NCBI GenBank assembly: GCA_965221955.1
Contig: CBDCTA010000029.1
Coordinates: forward strand, 604,601 to 668,600
Direction: 5' to 3'
DNA length: 64,000 nucleotides
DNA from: Gammaproteobacteria bacterium
Lineage (GTDB): Bacteria > Pseudomonadota > Gammaproteobacteria > UBA4575
Positions 55,009 to 64,000 of this stretch are shown one piece after another; the first letter of the stretch is position 1, and each line of letters opens with the position of its first letter. The translations under genes and the position numbers were made by a program. The notes below the pieces were generated by a model, which worked only from the letters and a program-made list of their open reading frames with translations, was not told the origin of the DNA and made no database searches.

Positions 55009-58000
55009 ATGAATTTATTTTCAAAATTCAAATTAGTTGGAATTCTTCTCATGCTTTGTGGTGGCAATGTATTTGCTGCTGATTTACTTGTTCCTTCTCA
55101 ATATTCAACGATTCAAGCTGCAATTAATGCAGCAAACACTGGGGATCGAGTTCTAGTAGCGCCTGGAACGTATATCGAAAATATTAATTTTAATGGGAAG
55201 GGGATAGTTGTGACCAGCTCACAAGGACCTAACATAACAGTAATAGATGGAAATCAAGCAGGTCCTGTCGTTACATTTGATTCTGATGAAGATAATAGTT
55301 CTAGTATTTCAGGGTTTACTATAAGAAATGGGAGAGCATCACCTGAGAATACTGGTGGAGGAGTAGTAATTGAGCGAGCATCACCGATTGTTGAAAATAA
55401 CATTATTACTGAGAATATTTTTGGTGGCAGGGCGCTAGCGGTATATATAGATAGTGGCGCTGCTATTTTTCGCAATAATCGAGTAATCGACAATATCGGT
55501 TTCATATCTTCAGGAAACTTTGGCGGGGCAATTACAGTCTTTGGGAGCTCTGGTGCAGAAATAACAAATAATATTATAGTTGGAAATTCAATTTCTAATG
55601 CAGGAGTTTTAAGCGGAGCGATATCCCTTGTAACACTTTCGTCTTTAAAAGTAGAAGGTAACTATATTGCAGATAATACATCTAATATAGCAGGCGGTGG
55701 AATTGCTGCTTGGGGAAGTGACTACCAAATCATTAATAATATTATTGTTAGAAATAATGCAATATTTAAAGGTGGTGGTATTTACGTTAGAGGTTTTACT
55801 AATCCCTCAGGTAATCAACCACTAATTTCAAATAATACATTAATTGATAATACTGCAATGATGGGAAGTCAGATCCATATTGAACCTGGAAATAGTAATG
55901 ATATTGAACCAGCTATTTTAAATAATATTCTTTTTCACACTGACAACGTTGTATCGGTATATTGTGAAGACCCTAATAATTATTGGTCACTGCTGTTATT
56001 TAATAATAACGTTTTTAGTAATTCGGGAAGTTTATATGGTGGAAATTGTACTGATCAGACAGGTTTAAACGGAAATATTTCAACAGACCCGCTGTTTGCA
56101 AACACTTTGAATGATGATTTTCATCTAACAGCGTCTTCAGCCAGTATTGATTCTGGTGATAATACTAACCCTAATTTGCCCGTTACTGATTTTGATGGGA
56201 GCGCTAGAGTGTTAGATGGTAACAGTGACACTATAGTTACAATCGACCAAGGTGCATATGAATTTAATCCTAATGGTTTGCTTAAATTTGGATCAAGCGG
56301 TTTTAATGTTAATGAAAATTCATCAACTATAACAATCGACGTTTGTCGTATTGGTGGAACAACAGGTGATGTTTCTGCAACGTTTTCTACATCAGACGGA
56401 ACCGCAATTGAAGGTGTACATTATGTAATATCTACTGGATCCATCATGTTTTCTGATGGAGAATCTGGATGTAAAACATTCGCTGTAACCATTATTGATA
56501 ATCAACTATTAAGCCAAGATGTTACGTTCAATGTTGGGCTGGATAATCCTATCGGAGGGGCAACCATATCAACCCAAAGTAATGTAGAGGTCAAAATTAT
56601 TGATAATGAAGTAGATTTATCCCTATCAAAAGATACTAGCCAAACTGATGTGTCTGTAGGTGAAGACATTACTTATGACATGATTGTTTCGAACAATCAA
56701 ACATCGAATGCTCAAGATGTTGTAGTTACAGACATTCTTTCTTCTAGTCTTGATTTTGTATCTGCAACACCAAGTCAAGGTTCATGTAGTGGAACCACTA
56801 CTATTACATGTAATTTAGGTAATATCGTAGCTGGTGACTCTGCAACAATTACATTAGTAGTTACTGGTAATATAGCAGGGAGTATTGATAATACTGCAAA
56901 TGTTTCAGTCAATGGAAATGACATAGATGCGTCTAATAATAGTGATTCTGCTACTGTAACTGTTAATGCTCTCCCAGCAGCAGTCGAACTATTTCCTCTT
57001 ATTCCTGGCACTACATTTAATTATTTAGTTAATTCTTCGTTTCAAGAAACAGAAACTGTGTTACCACAAAGTGCTTTTAATGGTGTTCAAGCATTTGGTG
57101 TAAGAGATAATGAAGGTGATATTGAATATTACACCAATGATGTAAACGGGTTACTGGATTATGGGTCGTTTGATACTGTTGATGGGCAGATAAGCACCGT
57201 TTCCCCTCCTGTTAAATTTTTAGAAGCACAACCTTTAATTGGTGAAGTGATTAATCAAACTGGAACATTTACTTTATTTGATCCAATCAATGGTTCATTT
57301 CCATTAGATTATACATTCTCATCAACAGTTCAAGGCCTTGAAACAATTACAGTTCCACTTGGTACATATGAAGCTTTAAAAGTTGATCTCTTTATAGAGG
57401 TAAGTGGATTTATTAACGGTGTTTTCGTAACTTCAACTCAAACAAGCTCATCGTGGTTAGCGCTTGGAATTGGAGAAATTCGTGCGGTTACAACTTTAGA
57501 TGGTGTTACAGATACAAGAGAACTTATTTCTATAGTTAAACCACCCCAAATCACCTCACCGACAGCGGGAAGCACGTTAAGTGGATCGAGCATGCAAATT
57601 GATTGGAATGCGAATGGTACCAGTCCTCAACAATGGGCCGTGACAGCAGGCCCGAGTGCGAACACGTATACATTTGGCAACTCTGGTGCGGTGCCGGGGA
57701 ATGCGAGTAGTGCGACATTTAATAGTTTTCCCACCAATGGTCAACCGGTGTTTATTCAACTATGGAACCAAGTGAATGGAATATGGAGTGTGGTCGATGA
57801 AATACAAGTGACAGCATTTAATGCACCGAGCATGGATCCTCAAATTACCAGTCCGACAGCGGGAAGCACGTTAAGTGGATCGAGCATGCAAATTGATTGG
57901 AATGCGAATGGTACCAGTCCTCAACAATGGGCCGTGACAGCAGGCCCGAGTGCGAACACGTATACATTTGGCAACTCTGGTGCGGTGCCGGGGAATGCGA

Positions 58001-59397
58001 GTAGTGCGACATTTAATAGTTTTCCCACCAATGGTCAACCGGTGTTTATTCAACTATGGAACCAAGTGAATGGAATATGGAGTGTGGTCGATGAAATACA
58101 AGTGACAGCATTTAATGCACCGAGCATGGATCCTCAAATTACCAGTCCGACAGCGGGAAGCACGTTAAGTGGATCGAGCATGCAAATTGATTGGAATGCG
58201 AATGGTACCAGTCCTCAACAATGGGCCGTGACAGCAGGCCCGAGTGCGAACACGTATACATTTGGCAACTCTGGTGCGGTGCCGGGGAATGCGAGTAGTG
58301 CGACATTTAATAGTTTTCCCACCAATGGTCAACCGGTGTTTATTCAACTATGGAACCAAGTGAATGGAATATGGAGTGTGGTCGATGAAATACAAGTGAC
58401 AGCATTTAATGCACCGAGCATGGATCCTCAAATTACCAGTCCGACAGCGGGAAGCACGTTAAGTGGATCGAGCATGCAAATTGATTGGAATGCGAATGGT
58501 ACCAGTCCTCAACAATGGGCCGTGACAGCAGGCCCGAGTGCGAACACGTATACATTTGGCAACTCTGGTGCGGTGCCGGGGAATGCGAGTAGTGCGACAT
58601 TTAATAGTTTTCCTACCAATGGGCAACCGGTGTTTATTCAACTATGGAACCAAGTGAATGGAATATGGAGTGTGGTCGATGAAATACAAGTGACAGCATT
58701 TAATGCACCGAGCATGGATCCTCAAATTACCAGTCCGACAGCGGGAAGCACGTTAAGTGGATCGAGCATGCAAATTGATTGGAATGCGAATGGTACCAGT
58801 CCTCAACAATGGGCCGTGACAGCAGGGCCGAGTGCGAACACGTATACATTTGGCAACTCTGGTGCGGTGCCGGGGAATGCGAGTAGTGCGACATTTAATA
58901 GTTTTCCTACCAATGGGCAACCGGTGTTTATTCAACTATGGAACCAAGTGAATGGAATATGGAGTGTGGTCGATGAAATACAAGTGACTGCAGATACATT
59001 ATTTATCGGTCAATTTAATGTGAGTGGCTTACAAACAGATACAGGTTGTCAAGATCCTGCTGATAATGGCACTTCGAGTTACACCGGCATATTTAATGTG
59101 GCAAGTCAATCTGGTAATTCTTTTGTTGGAACACTAAATATTCTAACAATTGATGGAGTACCTTTATTTGGCACAGGTGTTACAGCTAGTGGTCCATTTA
59201 CTGCAACAGTGAATCAAAATGTAAATGCGGTTGGTGACTATACGCTTAATGGACAACTAAATGGTGTTTTGATTGCGCAAAATCAAGGAACATTTAGTGG
59301 GAGTTTGAGTATCGATACACTTTCAATAAATTATGTAGGGATGGATACAGTCGGTGATACATGCTCTTCGTCAGGCTCATTCTCTGGAAGTCGTTAG
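55009..59397 (+). CDS. Large secreted multidomain surface protein (beta-helix, Calx-beta, DUF11, 5 tandem 98-aa repeats)
   Basis: Signal peptide; VPSQYSTIQAAI..A..GD.V.V.PGTY.ENI beta-helix start; IDQGAYE; Calx-beta-like T.DGTA..G..Y; DUF11 DLSLSK...TCNLG. Confidence 0.85.
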   Translation: MNLFSKFKLVGILLMLCGGNVFAADLLVPSQYSTIQAAINAANTGDRVLVAPGTYIENINFNGKGIVVTSSQGPNITVIDGNQAGPVVTFDSDEDNSSSISGFTIRNGRASPENTGGGVVIERASPIVENNIITENIFGGRALAVYIDSGAAIFRNNRVIDNIGFISSGNFGGAITVFGSSGAEITNNIIVGNSISNAGVLSGAISLVTLSSLKVEGNYIADNTSNIAGGGIAAWGSDYQIINNIIVRNNAIFKGGGIYVRGFTNPSGNQPLISNNTLIDNTAMMGSQIHIEPGNSNDIEPAILNNILFHTDNVVSVYCEDPNNYWSLLLFNNNVFSNSGSLYGGNCTDQTGLNGNISTDPLFANTLNDDFHLTASSASIDSGDNTNPNLPVTDFDGSARVLDGNSDTIVTIDQGAYEFNPNGLLKFGSSGFNVNENSSTITIDVCRIGGTTGDVSATFSTSDGTAIEGVHYVISTGSIMFSDGESGCKTFAVTIIDNQLLSQDVTFNVGLDNPIGGATISTQSNVEVKIIDNEVDLSLSKDTSQTDVSVGEDITYDMIVSNNQTSNAQDVVVTDILSSSLDFVSATPSQGSCSGTTTITCNLGNIVAGDSATITLVVTGNIAGSIDNTANVSVNGNDIDASNNSDSATVTVNALPAAVELFPLIPGTTFNYLVNSSFQETETVLPQSAFNGVQAFGVRDNEGDIEYYTNDVNGLLDYGSFDTVDGQISTVSPPVKFLEAQPLIGEVINQTGTFTLFDPINGSFPLDYTFSSTVQGLETITVPLGTYEALKVDLFIEVSGFINGVFVTSTQTSSSWLALGIGEIRAVTTLDGVTDTRELISIVKPPQITSPTAGSTLSGSSMQIDWNANGTSPQQWAVTAGPSANTYTFGNSGAVPGNASSATFNSFPTNGQPVFIQLWNQVNGIWSVVDEIQVTAFNAPSMDPQITSPTAGSTLSGSSMQIDWNANGTSPQQWAVTAGPSANTYTFGNSGAVPGNASSATFNSFPTNGQPVFIQLWNQVNGIWSVVDEIQVTAFNAPSMDPQITSPTAGSTLSGSSMQIDWNANGTSPQQWAVTAGPSANTYTFGNSGAVPGNASSATFNSFPTNGQPVFIQLWNQVNGIWSVVDEIQVTAFNAPSMDPQITSPTAGSTLSGSSMQIDWNANGTSPQQWAVTAGPSANTYTFGNSGAVPGNASSATFNSFPTNGQPVFIQLWNQVNGIWSVVDEIQVTAFNAPSMDPQITSPTAGSTLSGSSMQIDWNANGTSPQQWAVTAGPSANTYTFGNSGAVPGNASSATFNSFPTNGQPVFIQLWNQVNGIWSVVDEIQVTADTLFIGQFNVSGLQTDTGCQDPADNGTSSYTGIFNVASQSGNSFVGTLNILTIDGVPLFGTGVTASGPFTATVNQNVNAVGDYTLNGQLNGVLIAQNQGTFSGSLSIDTLSINYVGMDTVGDTCSSSGSFSGSR
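57544..58992 (+). repeat. Tandem repeat of 294 bp, ~4.9 near-identical copies
   Basis: Units start at 57544, 57838, 58132, 58426, 58720. Confidence 0.97.
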
Positions 59398-59498
59398 AAT
59401 AATACTATTAAAAAAGTAATATTTTAGAGATTTCCAACCACAATCATATTAACGAGACGTTTTCTGCATTCGACTCTAAATCTAGATAAGTTTATAAC

Positions 59499-59535
59499 AT
59501 GTTGTATGTTGTATGTTGTATGTTGTATGTTGTAT
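59499..59535. repeat. Heptamer microsatellite (ATGTTGT)x5
   Basis: Direct read of five perfect copies. Confidence 0.95.
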
Positions 59536-59712
59536 AAATAAGCCATGTTCAGTGCTAATTAATATATTCAAAACCTTCTTAGTTTAAAGCTTGTTTTAGT
59601 AATACATATAAGTGCTGTATTGTTGATTAAATCATCATCCCATAGTTTTCATCTTTTAAAAAATTCCCAAACTAGCAATTATTATAAATTGGGCTAACAT
59701 ATTTTAAAATTT

Positions 59713-60822
59713 ATGAAGAAAAATATTCATCTAATCGCGGGTGCTAGGCCGAATTTTATGAAAATTGCGCCACTTTATCATGCGCTTATTAAAGAAAACT
59801 GGCTAAACGTTAAAATTGTTCACACCGGCCAACACTATGATCAAAAAATGTCTGACTCGTTTTTTAAAAACCTTAATCTCCCAGAACCAGATTTCAATCT
59901 AAACATTGGTAGTGGGAAGCATGCAGAACAAACTGGTAAGATTATGATTGCATATGAAAAATTATGTGAAGAAGATATACCAGATTGGATCATTGTAGTA
60001 GGTGACGTTAATTCTACACTTGCATGCTCATTAGTCGCGTCAAAGCTATTGATTCCAGTGGCGCATCTAGAAGCTGGTCTGCGAAGTTATGATCGAGAAA
60101 TGCCCGAAGAAGTAAATCGTATATTAACGGATCAAATATGTGAGCTGTTGTGGACACCTTCGAAAGATGGAGATGAAAATTTAATAAAAGAAGGAATAAG
60201 TGAGGAAAAGATCGAATTTGTGGGTAATATAATGCTTGACTCATTCGAGATGCTACGTGACAAAATTGCAAATGACAATACTAAAGCAAGCCTTGGTCTT
60301 GATGAAGAAAGTTATTGTGTACTAACTTTGCATCGTCCATCAAATGTGGATGATCAAACTCAATTAGAAAAAATTATTTCTGAAGTGATACTGGCTAGTG
60401 AAAAAATAAAGATTGTGTTTCCTATTCATCCGCGAACGTTAGGTGCTTTGGAAAAATATGGGTTATTAACAAAGTTAAAAGATATTGATTCAATTATTTT
60501 GTTAGAGCCTTTGGATTATATAAAATTTATGAATCTAGTGCTTTCTTCTGTAGCTGTGGTTACAGATTCAGGTGGAATTCAAGAAGAGACTACTTATATA
60601 GGTATTCCATGTTTTACATTGAGAGATAATACTGAGAGGCCTATTACAATAACGGATGGAACGAATAAACTGATTAAAGCAAATGAAATACATAAATGTA
60701 TAGATTATGTTTCAACGCCAGAGTATAAAACAGATAAGATTGCTCTTACTTATTGGGATGGGAAAACAGCTGAAAGAGTTGTTAATAGTTTAAAGAATAG
60801 AGTATTTAAAGCAATTAATTGA
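59713..60822 (+). CDS. wecB: UDP-N-acetylglucosamine 2-epimerase (non-hydrolysing)
   Basis: GARPNFMK, HTGQHYD, HLEAGLRS, TDSGGIQEE. Confidence 0.95.
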   Translation: MKKNIHLIAGARPNFMKIAPLYHALIKENWLNVKIVHTGQHYDQKMSDSFFKNLNLPEPDFNLNIGSGKHAEQTGKIMIAYEKLCEEDIPDWIIVVGDVNSTLACSLVASKLLIPVAHLEAGLRSYDREMPEEVNRILTDQICELLWTPSKDGDENLIKEGISEEKIEFVGNIMLDSFEMLRDKIANDNTKASLGLDEESYCVLTLHRPSNVDDQTQLEKIISEVILASEKIKIVFPIHPRTLGALEKYGLLTKLKDIDSIILLEPLDYIKFMNLVLSSVAVVTDSGGIQEETTYIGIPCFTLRDNTERPITITDGTNKLIKANEIHKCIDYVSTPEYKTDKIALTYWDGKTAERVVNSLKNRVFKAIN

Positions 60823-60833
60823 TTTTAGCTAGT

Positions 60834-63653
60834 TTACAGCAATGCTTTTAAATACTTTCCTGTGCAGGAATGTTTTGTTATTGCAATATTCTCGGGTGTG
60901 CCTTCGGCAACGACCATGCCGCCACGATGACCACCTTCAGGGCCAAGATCAATTACCCAATCTGCTGTTTTAATTACATCCAGGTTGTGTTCAATTACAA
61001 TGACAGTGTTACCTTGATCTCTAAGTCGATGTAAAACTTTCAAAAGCTGCTCTACATCATAAAAATGTAAACCAGTTGTAGGTTCATCTAATATATAGAG
61101 TGTGCTACCTGTGCTGCGTTTGGAGAGTTCGCGTGAGAGTTTAACGCGTTGTGCCTCACCACCCGATAAAGTCGTCGCACTTTGTCCCAGTGTGATGTAA
61201 GAGAGCCCTACATCCATTAATGTATCCAATTTGCGTTTTACAATTGGTATGGCATCGAAGAACTGCACAGCATCTTCAACGGTCATCTGTAATACTTCAT
61301 GGATGCTTTTGCCTTTAAATAGTATTTCAAGCGTTTCGCGGTTATAACGTTTGCCATGACAAATATCACAAGGTACGTATACATCTGGTAAAAAATGCAT
61401 CTCTACTTTGATCACACCGTCTCCCTGGCACGCTTCACAGCGTCCACCTTTAACATTGAAGCTGAATCTTCCTGGTGTATAGCCCCGTGAACGTGATTCT
61501 TGCGTGTTTGCAAACAACTCGCGAATTGGGGTGAATAAACCTGTATAAGTTGCAGGGTTCGAACGCGGTGTGCGCCCGATTGGACTTTGGCTGATATCAA
61601 TGACTTTATCTATCTGATCCAAGCCTTTGATATCCTTGCAATCAGCAGGAAGAATGCCTGAGCCATGTAAATGCCTCATACAATACTTATATAACGTTTC
61701 ATTTATAAGTGTTGATTTACCAGATCCTGATACCCCTGAAATTACCGTGAGCAAACCAAGAGGTATTTCTACATTAATATTTTTTAAGTTATTACCGGAG
61801 GCTTTGACAATTTTGATTGTTTTGGATTTCTGAAAAGGTAGCCGCATTTCCGGAAGTGGAATCGTTCTATTGCCAGACAAGTACTGACCTGTGAGCGATG
61901 CACAATTCGACTCAATTTCTTTAGGGGTTCCTTGAGCAATGACTTTGCCTCCGTGTACTCCTGCTCCAGGGCCTATATCTAATACATGATCTGCACTGCA
62001 TATGGCCTCTTCATCGTGTTCAACCACAATTACAGTATTACCGAGATCTCTCAGATAAGTCAGAGTGCCAATTAAGCGCTGATTATCACGTTGATGTAAG
62101 CCTATGGAAGGTTCATCAAGAATGTAAGTAACACCAACCAAGCCAGAACCTATCTGGCTTGCGAGTCTAATCCGTTGTGCTTCTCCTCCTGATAGTGTTT
62201 CTGCGCTGCGATCAAGTGTTAAGTAGTCAAGCCCAACATTGACTAAAAACTTTAAACGCTCGTTTATTTCATTAATTACTTTTTCACCAACTTTTTCTAG
62301 GTGACCAGGAAGCTTAAGTGATTTAAAAAATGCTAATGCATCTTCAGTGGACCATGAGGTGACAGTAGGTAGGTTGGTTTTTTGGATAAATACATTTCTT
62401 GCTTCGGTATTTAACCGCTCGCCATTACAAGTTTGGCAAGTTTGGGTTGTAAGGTATTTACTTAATTCTTCACGAACCGCGCTTGATTCAGTTTCGTGAA
62501 AACGCCGATCCATATTCGGGATGATGCCTTCAAACGTATGCCAACGCTTATACGATTTGCCATTCTCATTGGTATATTTAAATTGTATTTCTTCATCTTC
62601 ACTACCATAAAGAAGAATGTCTTGTATTTCTTCATCTAATTCGTTGTAGGGTGATTCGATATCGAACTCGTAATGCTCTGCGAGCGATTGGATCAAATTA
62701 AAATAATAAGCATTACGGCGATCCCAACCACGAATCGCGCCGCCGGCAAGGCTAATGTCTTCATTAACGATAACTAATTCAGGATCAAAAAATTCTTCTA
62801 CACCAAGTCCATCACAATCACTACAAGCTCCAACTGGGTTGTTAAAGGAAAATAAACGCGGTTCTAGCTCATTTAAGCTATAGCCACATTTAGGACAAGC
62901 AAACTTGGCTGAAAATACGAGTTCTGACTCATTTGGGTCATCCATCGAACGGATAATGGCCAAATCATCAGCAAGTTTTAATGCGGTTTCGAATGACTCT
63001 GCTAAACGTGATTTTAAGTCTTGTTTGATTTTGAAACGATCGACAACCACTTCGATATTATGTTTGCGGCGTAAATCTAGCTTAGGGGGTGCATCTAATT
63101 CAAAAATTTCGCCATCAATCCAAGCGCGTATAAAGCCATCTGCTTGCAATTTGGCTAGCAGCTGTACATGTTCACCCTTGCGGTTTTGTACCACTGGTGC
63201 AAGCAGCATGTATTTTTTGCCTTCTTCGAAAGAGATCACTTTATCTACCATCTGGCTGATGGTTTGAGCGTGCAAATCAATATGGTGAGTCGGGCATCTT
63301 GGAGTGCCGGCACGAGCATACAATAAGCGAAGATAATCGTAGATTTCAGTAATTGTGCCTACGGTAGAGCGTGGGTTATGGGAGGTGGCTTTTTGTTCGA
63401 TTGAGATGGAAGGTGACAAGCCATCAATAGAATCCACGTCTGGCTTGTCCATACGGGCTAGGAATTGACGCGCATAGGCAGAAAGGGACTCTACATAGCG
63501 TCGCTGGCCTTCAGCGAAGATGGTGTCAAAAGCTAAAGAGGATTTTCCAGAACCTGACAAACCGGTAATAACAATGAGTTTATCTCTTGGAAGGTCTACA
63601 TCAATATTTTGCAGGTTGTGTGTTCGTGCTCCACGAATATTGATTTGTTTCAT
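60834..63653 (-). CDS. uvrA: Excinuclease ABC subunit A
   Basis: GLSGSGKSS, two LSGGEAQR signatures, zinc fingers. Confidence 0.99.
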   Translation of the reverse strand: MKQINIRGARTHNLQNIDVDLPRDKLIVITGLSGSGKSSLAFDTIFAEGQRRYVESLSAYARQFLARMDKPDVDSIDGLSPSISIEQKATSHNPRSTVGTITEIYDYLRLLYARAGTPRCPTHHIDLHAQTISQMVDKVISFEEGKKYMLLAPVVQNRKGEHVQLLAKLQADGFIRAWIDGEIFELDAPPKLDLRRKHNIEVVVDRFKIKQDLKSRLAESFETALKLADDLAIIRSMDDPNESELVFSAKFACPKCGYSLNELEPRLFSFNNPVGACSDCDGLGVEEFFDPELVIVNEDISLAGGAIRGWDRRNAYYFNLIQSLAEHYEFDIESPYNELDEEIQDILLYGSEDEEIQFKYTNENGKSYKRWHTFEGIIPNMDRRFHETESSAVREELSKYLTTQTCQTCNGERLNTEARNVFIQKTNLPTVTSWSTEDALAFFKSLKLPGHLEKVGEKVINEINERLKFLVNVGLDYLTLDRSAETLSGGEAQRIRLASQIGSGLVGVTYILDEPSIGLHQRDNQRLIGTLTYLRDLGNTVIVVEHDEEAICSADHVLDIGPGAGVHGGKVIAQGTPKEIESNCASLTGQYLSGNRTIPLPEMRLPFQKSKTIKIVKASGNNLKNINVEIPLGLLTVISGVSGSGKSTLINETLYKYCMRHLHGSGILPADCKDIKGLDQIDKVIDISQSPIGRTPRSNPATYTGLFTPIRELFANTQESRSRGYTPGRFSFNVKGGRCEACQGDGVIKVEMHFLPDVYVPCDICHGKRYNRETLEILFKGKSIHEVLQMTVEDAVQFFDAIPIVKRKLDTLMDVGLSYITLGQSATTLSGGEAQRVKLSRELSKRSTGSTLYILDEPTTGLHFYDVEQLLKVLHRLRDQGNTVIVIEHNLDVIKTADWVIDLGPEGGHRGGMVVAEGTPENIAITKHSCTGKYLKALL

Positions 63654-63820
63654 TTGTTTAGGTGTAAGTAAGCAAACACACTAATATACGTGTTTTTGCT
63701 TATTGAGTACAAAGGGCTTCTGCTAGAAATAAGAAGTGCTAATTTTCATCCTTTTTTGACCTATACAGAGCATTATAGCTCCTGTATATATCGAAAAAGT
63801 ATTTTAGTATTCAAAATCTC

Positions 63821-64000
63821 ATGCCTGACCAAAATCATTTTGTATTTTTTTCACGCACTTTGCCTTTTCATGGTATTGGTGGCATGGAAATAGTTGTATG
63901 GGACTTACTTACCGAAATATCAAGAAGTGGAAAGGGTAAAGTCACTGTAATCACAACTACTATTCCTGAAAAGCCTGAAATGTTTTTTGAAGATGGTGTA
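63821..64000 (+). CDS. GT4-family glycosyltransferase, N-terminus (runs off window)
   Basis: Manual translation MPDQNHFVFFSRTLPFHGIGGMEIVVWDLLTEISRSGKGKVTVITT; GG.E and V.V.T pattern. Confidence 0.7.
   Translation, partial: MPDQNHFVFFSRTLPFHGIGGMEIVVWDLLTEISRSGKGKVTVITTTIPEKPEMFFEDGV

Noticed and set aside
57577-58935. Five identical 60-aa antisense ORFs
   Set aside because: Shadows of the 294-bp coding repeat
63782-63797. Possible LexA box upstream of uvrA (CTGTATATAT...)
   Set aside because: Only the left half matches; the required terminal CAG of CTG-N10-CAG is absent
63690-63893. 67-aa plus-strand ORF from the track
   Set aside because: No motif; overlaps the better-supported GT4-like frame starting at 63821

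Overview
Core-genome window of an AT-rich gammaproteobacterium. It carries the conserved argC-bactofilin-erpA / anmK-M23-tyrS block, one complete rRNA operon (16S-tRNA-Ile-tRNA-Ala-23S-5S), an accessory stretch (uup, selU, hisI, a DsrE-TusA-SQR-DUF1641 sulfur cluster, glnS), birA-coaX-SPOR, four more tRNAs, tuf, the full S10-spc-alpha ribosomal cluster, a 1.46-kaa repetitive surface protein, wecB and uvrA. The most striking unexplained structure is a mini cassette array at 5065-6185: two promoterless-looking single genes bounded by three 30-bp palindromic 11-8-11 sites that resemble tyrosine-recombinase sites and are not attC or dif. Other oddities are a tufB-upstream/tufA-downstream hybrid context with anomalous tuf codon usage, an inverted and displaced tRNA-Thr(UGU), MITE-like palindromes supplying gene ends, stable-RNA-linked repeats and a lipoprotein truncated globin. 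All calls come from reading the sequence and recalling motifs; no database searches were run.
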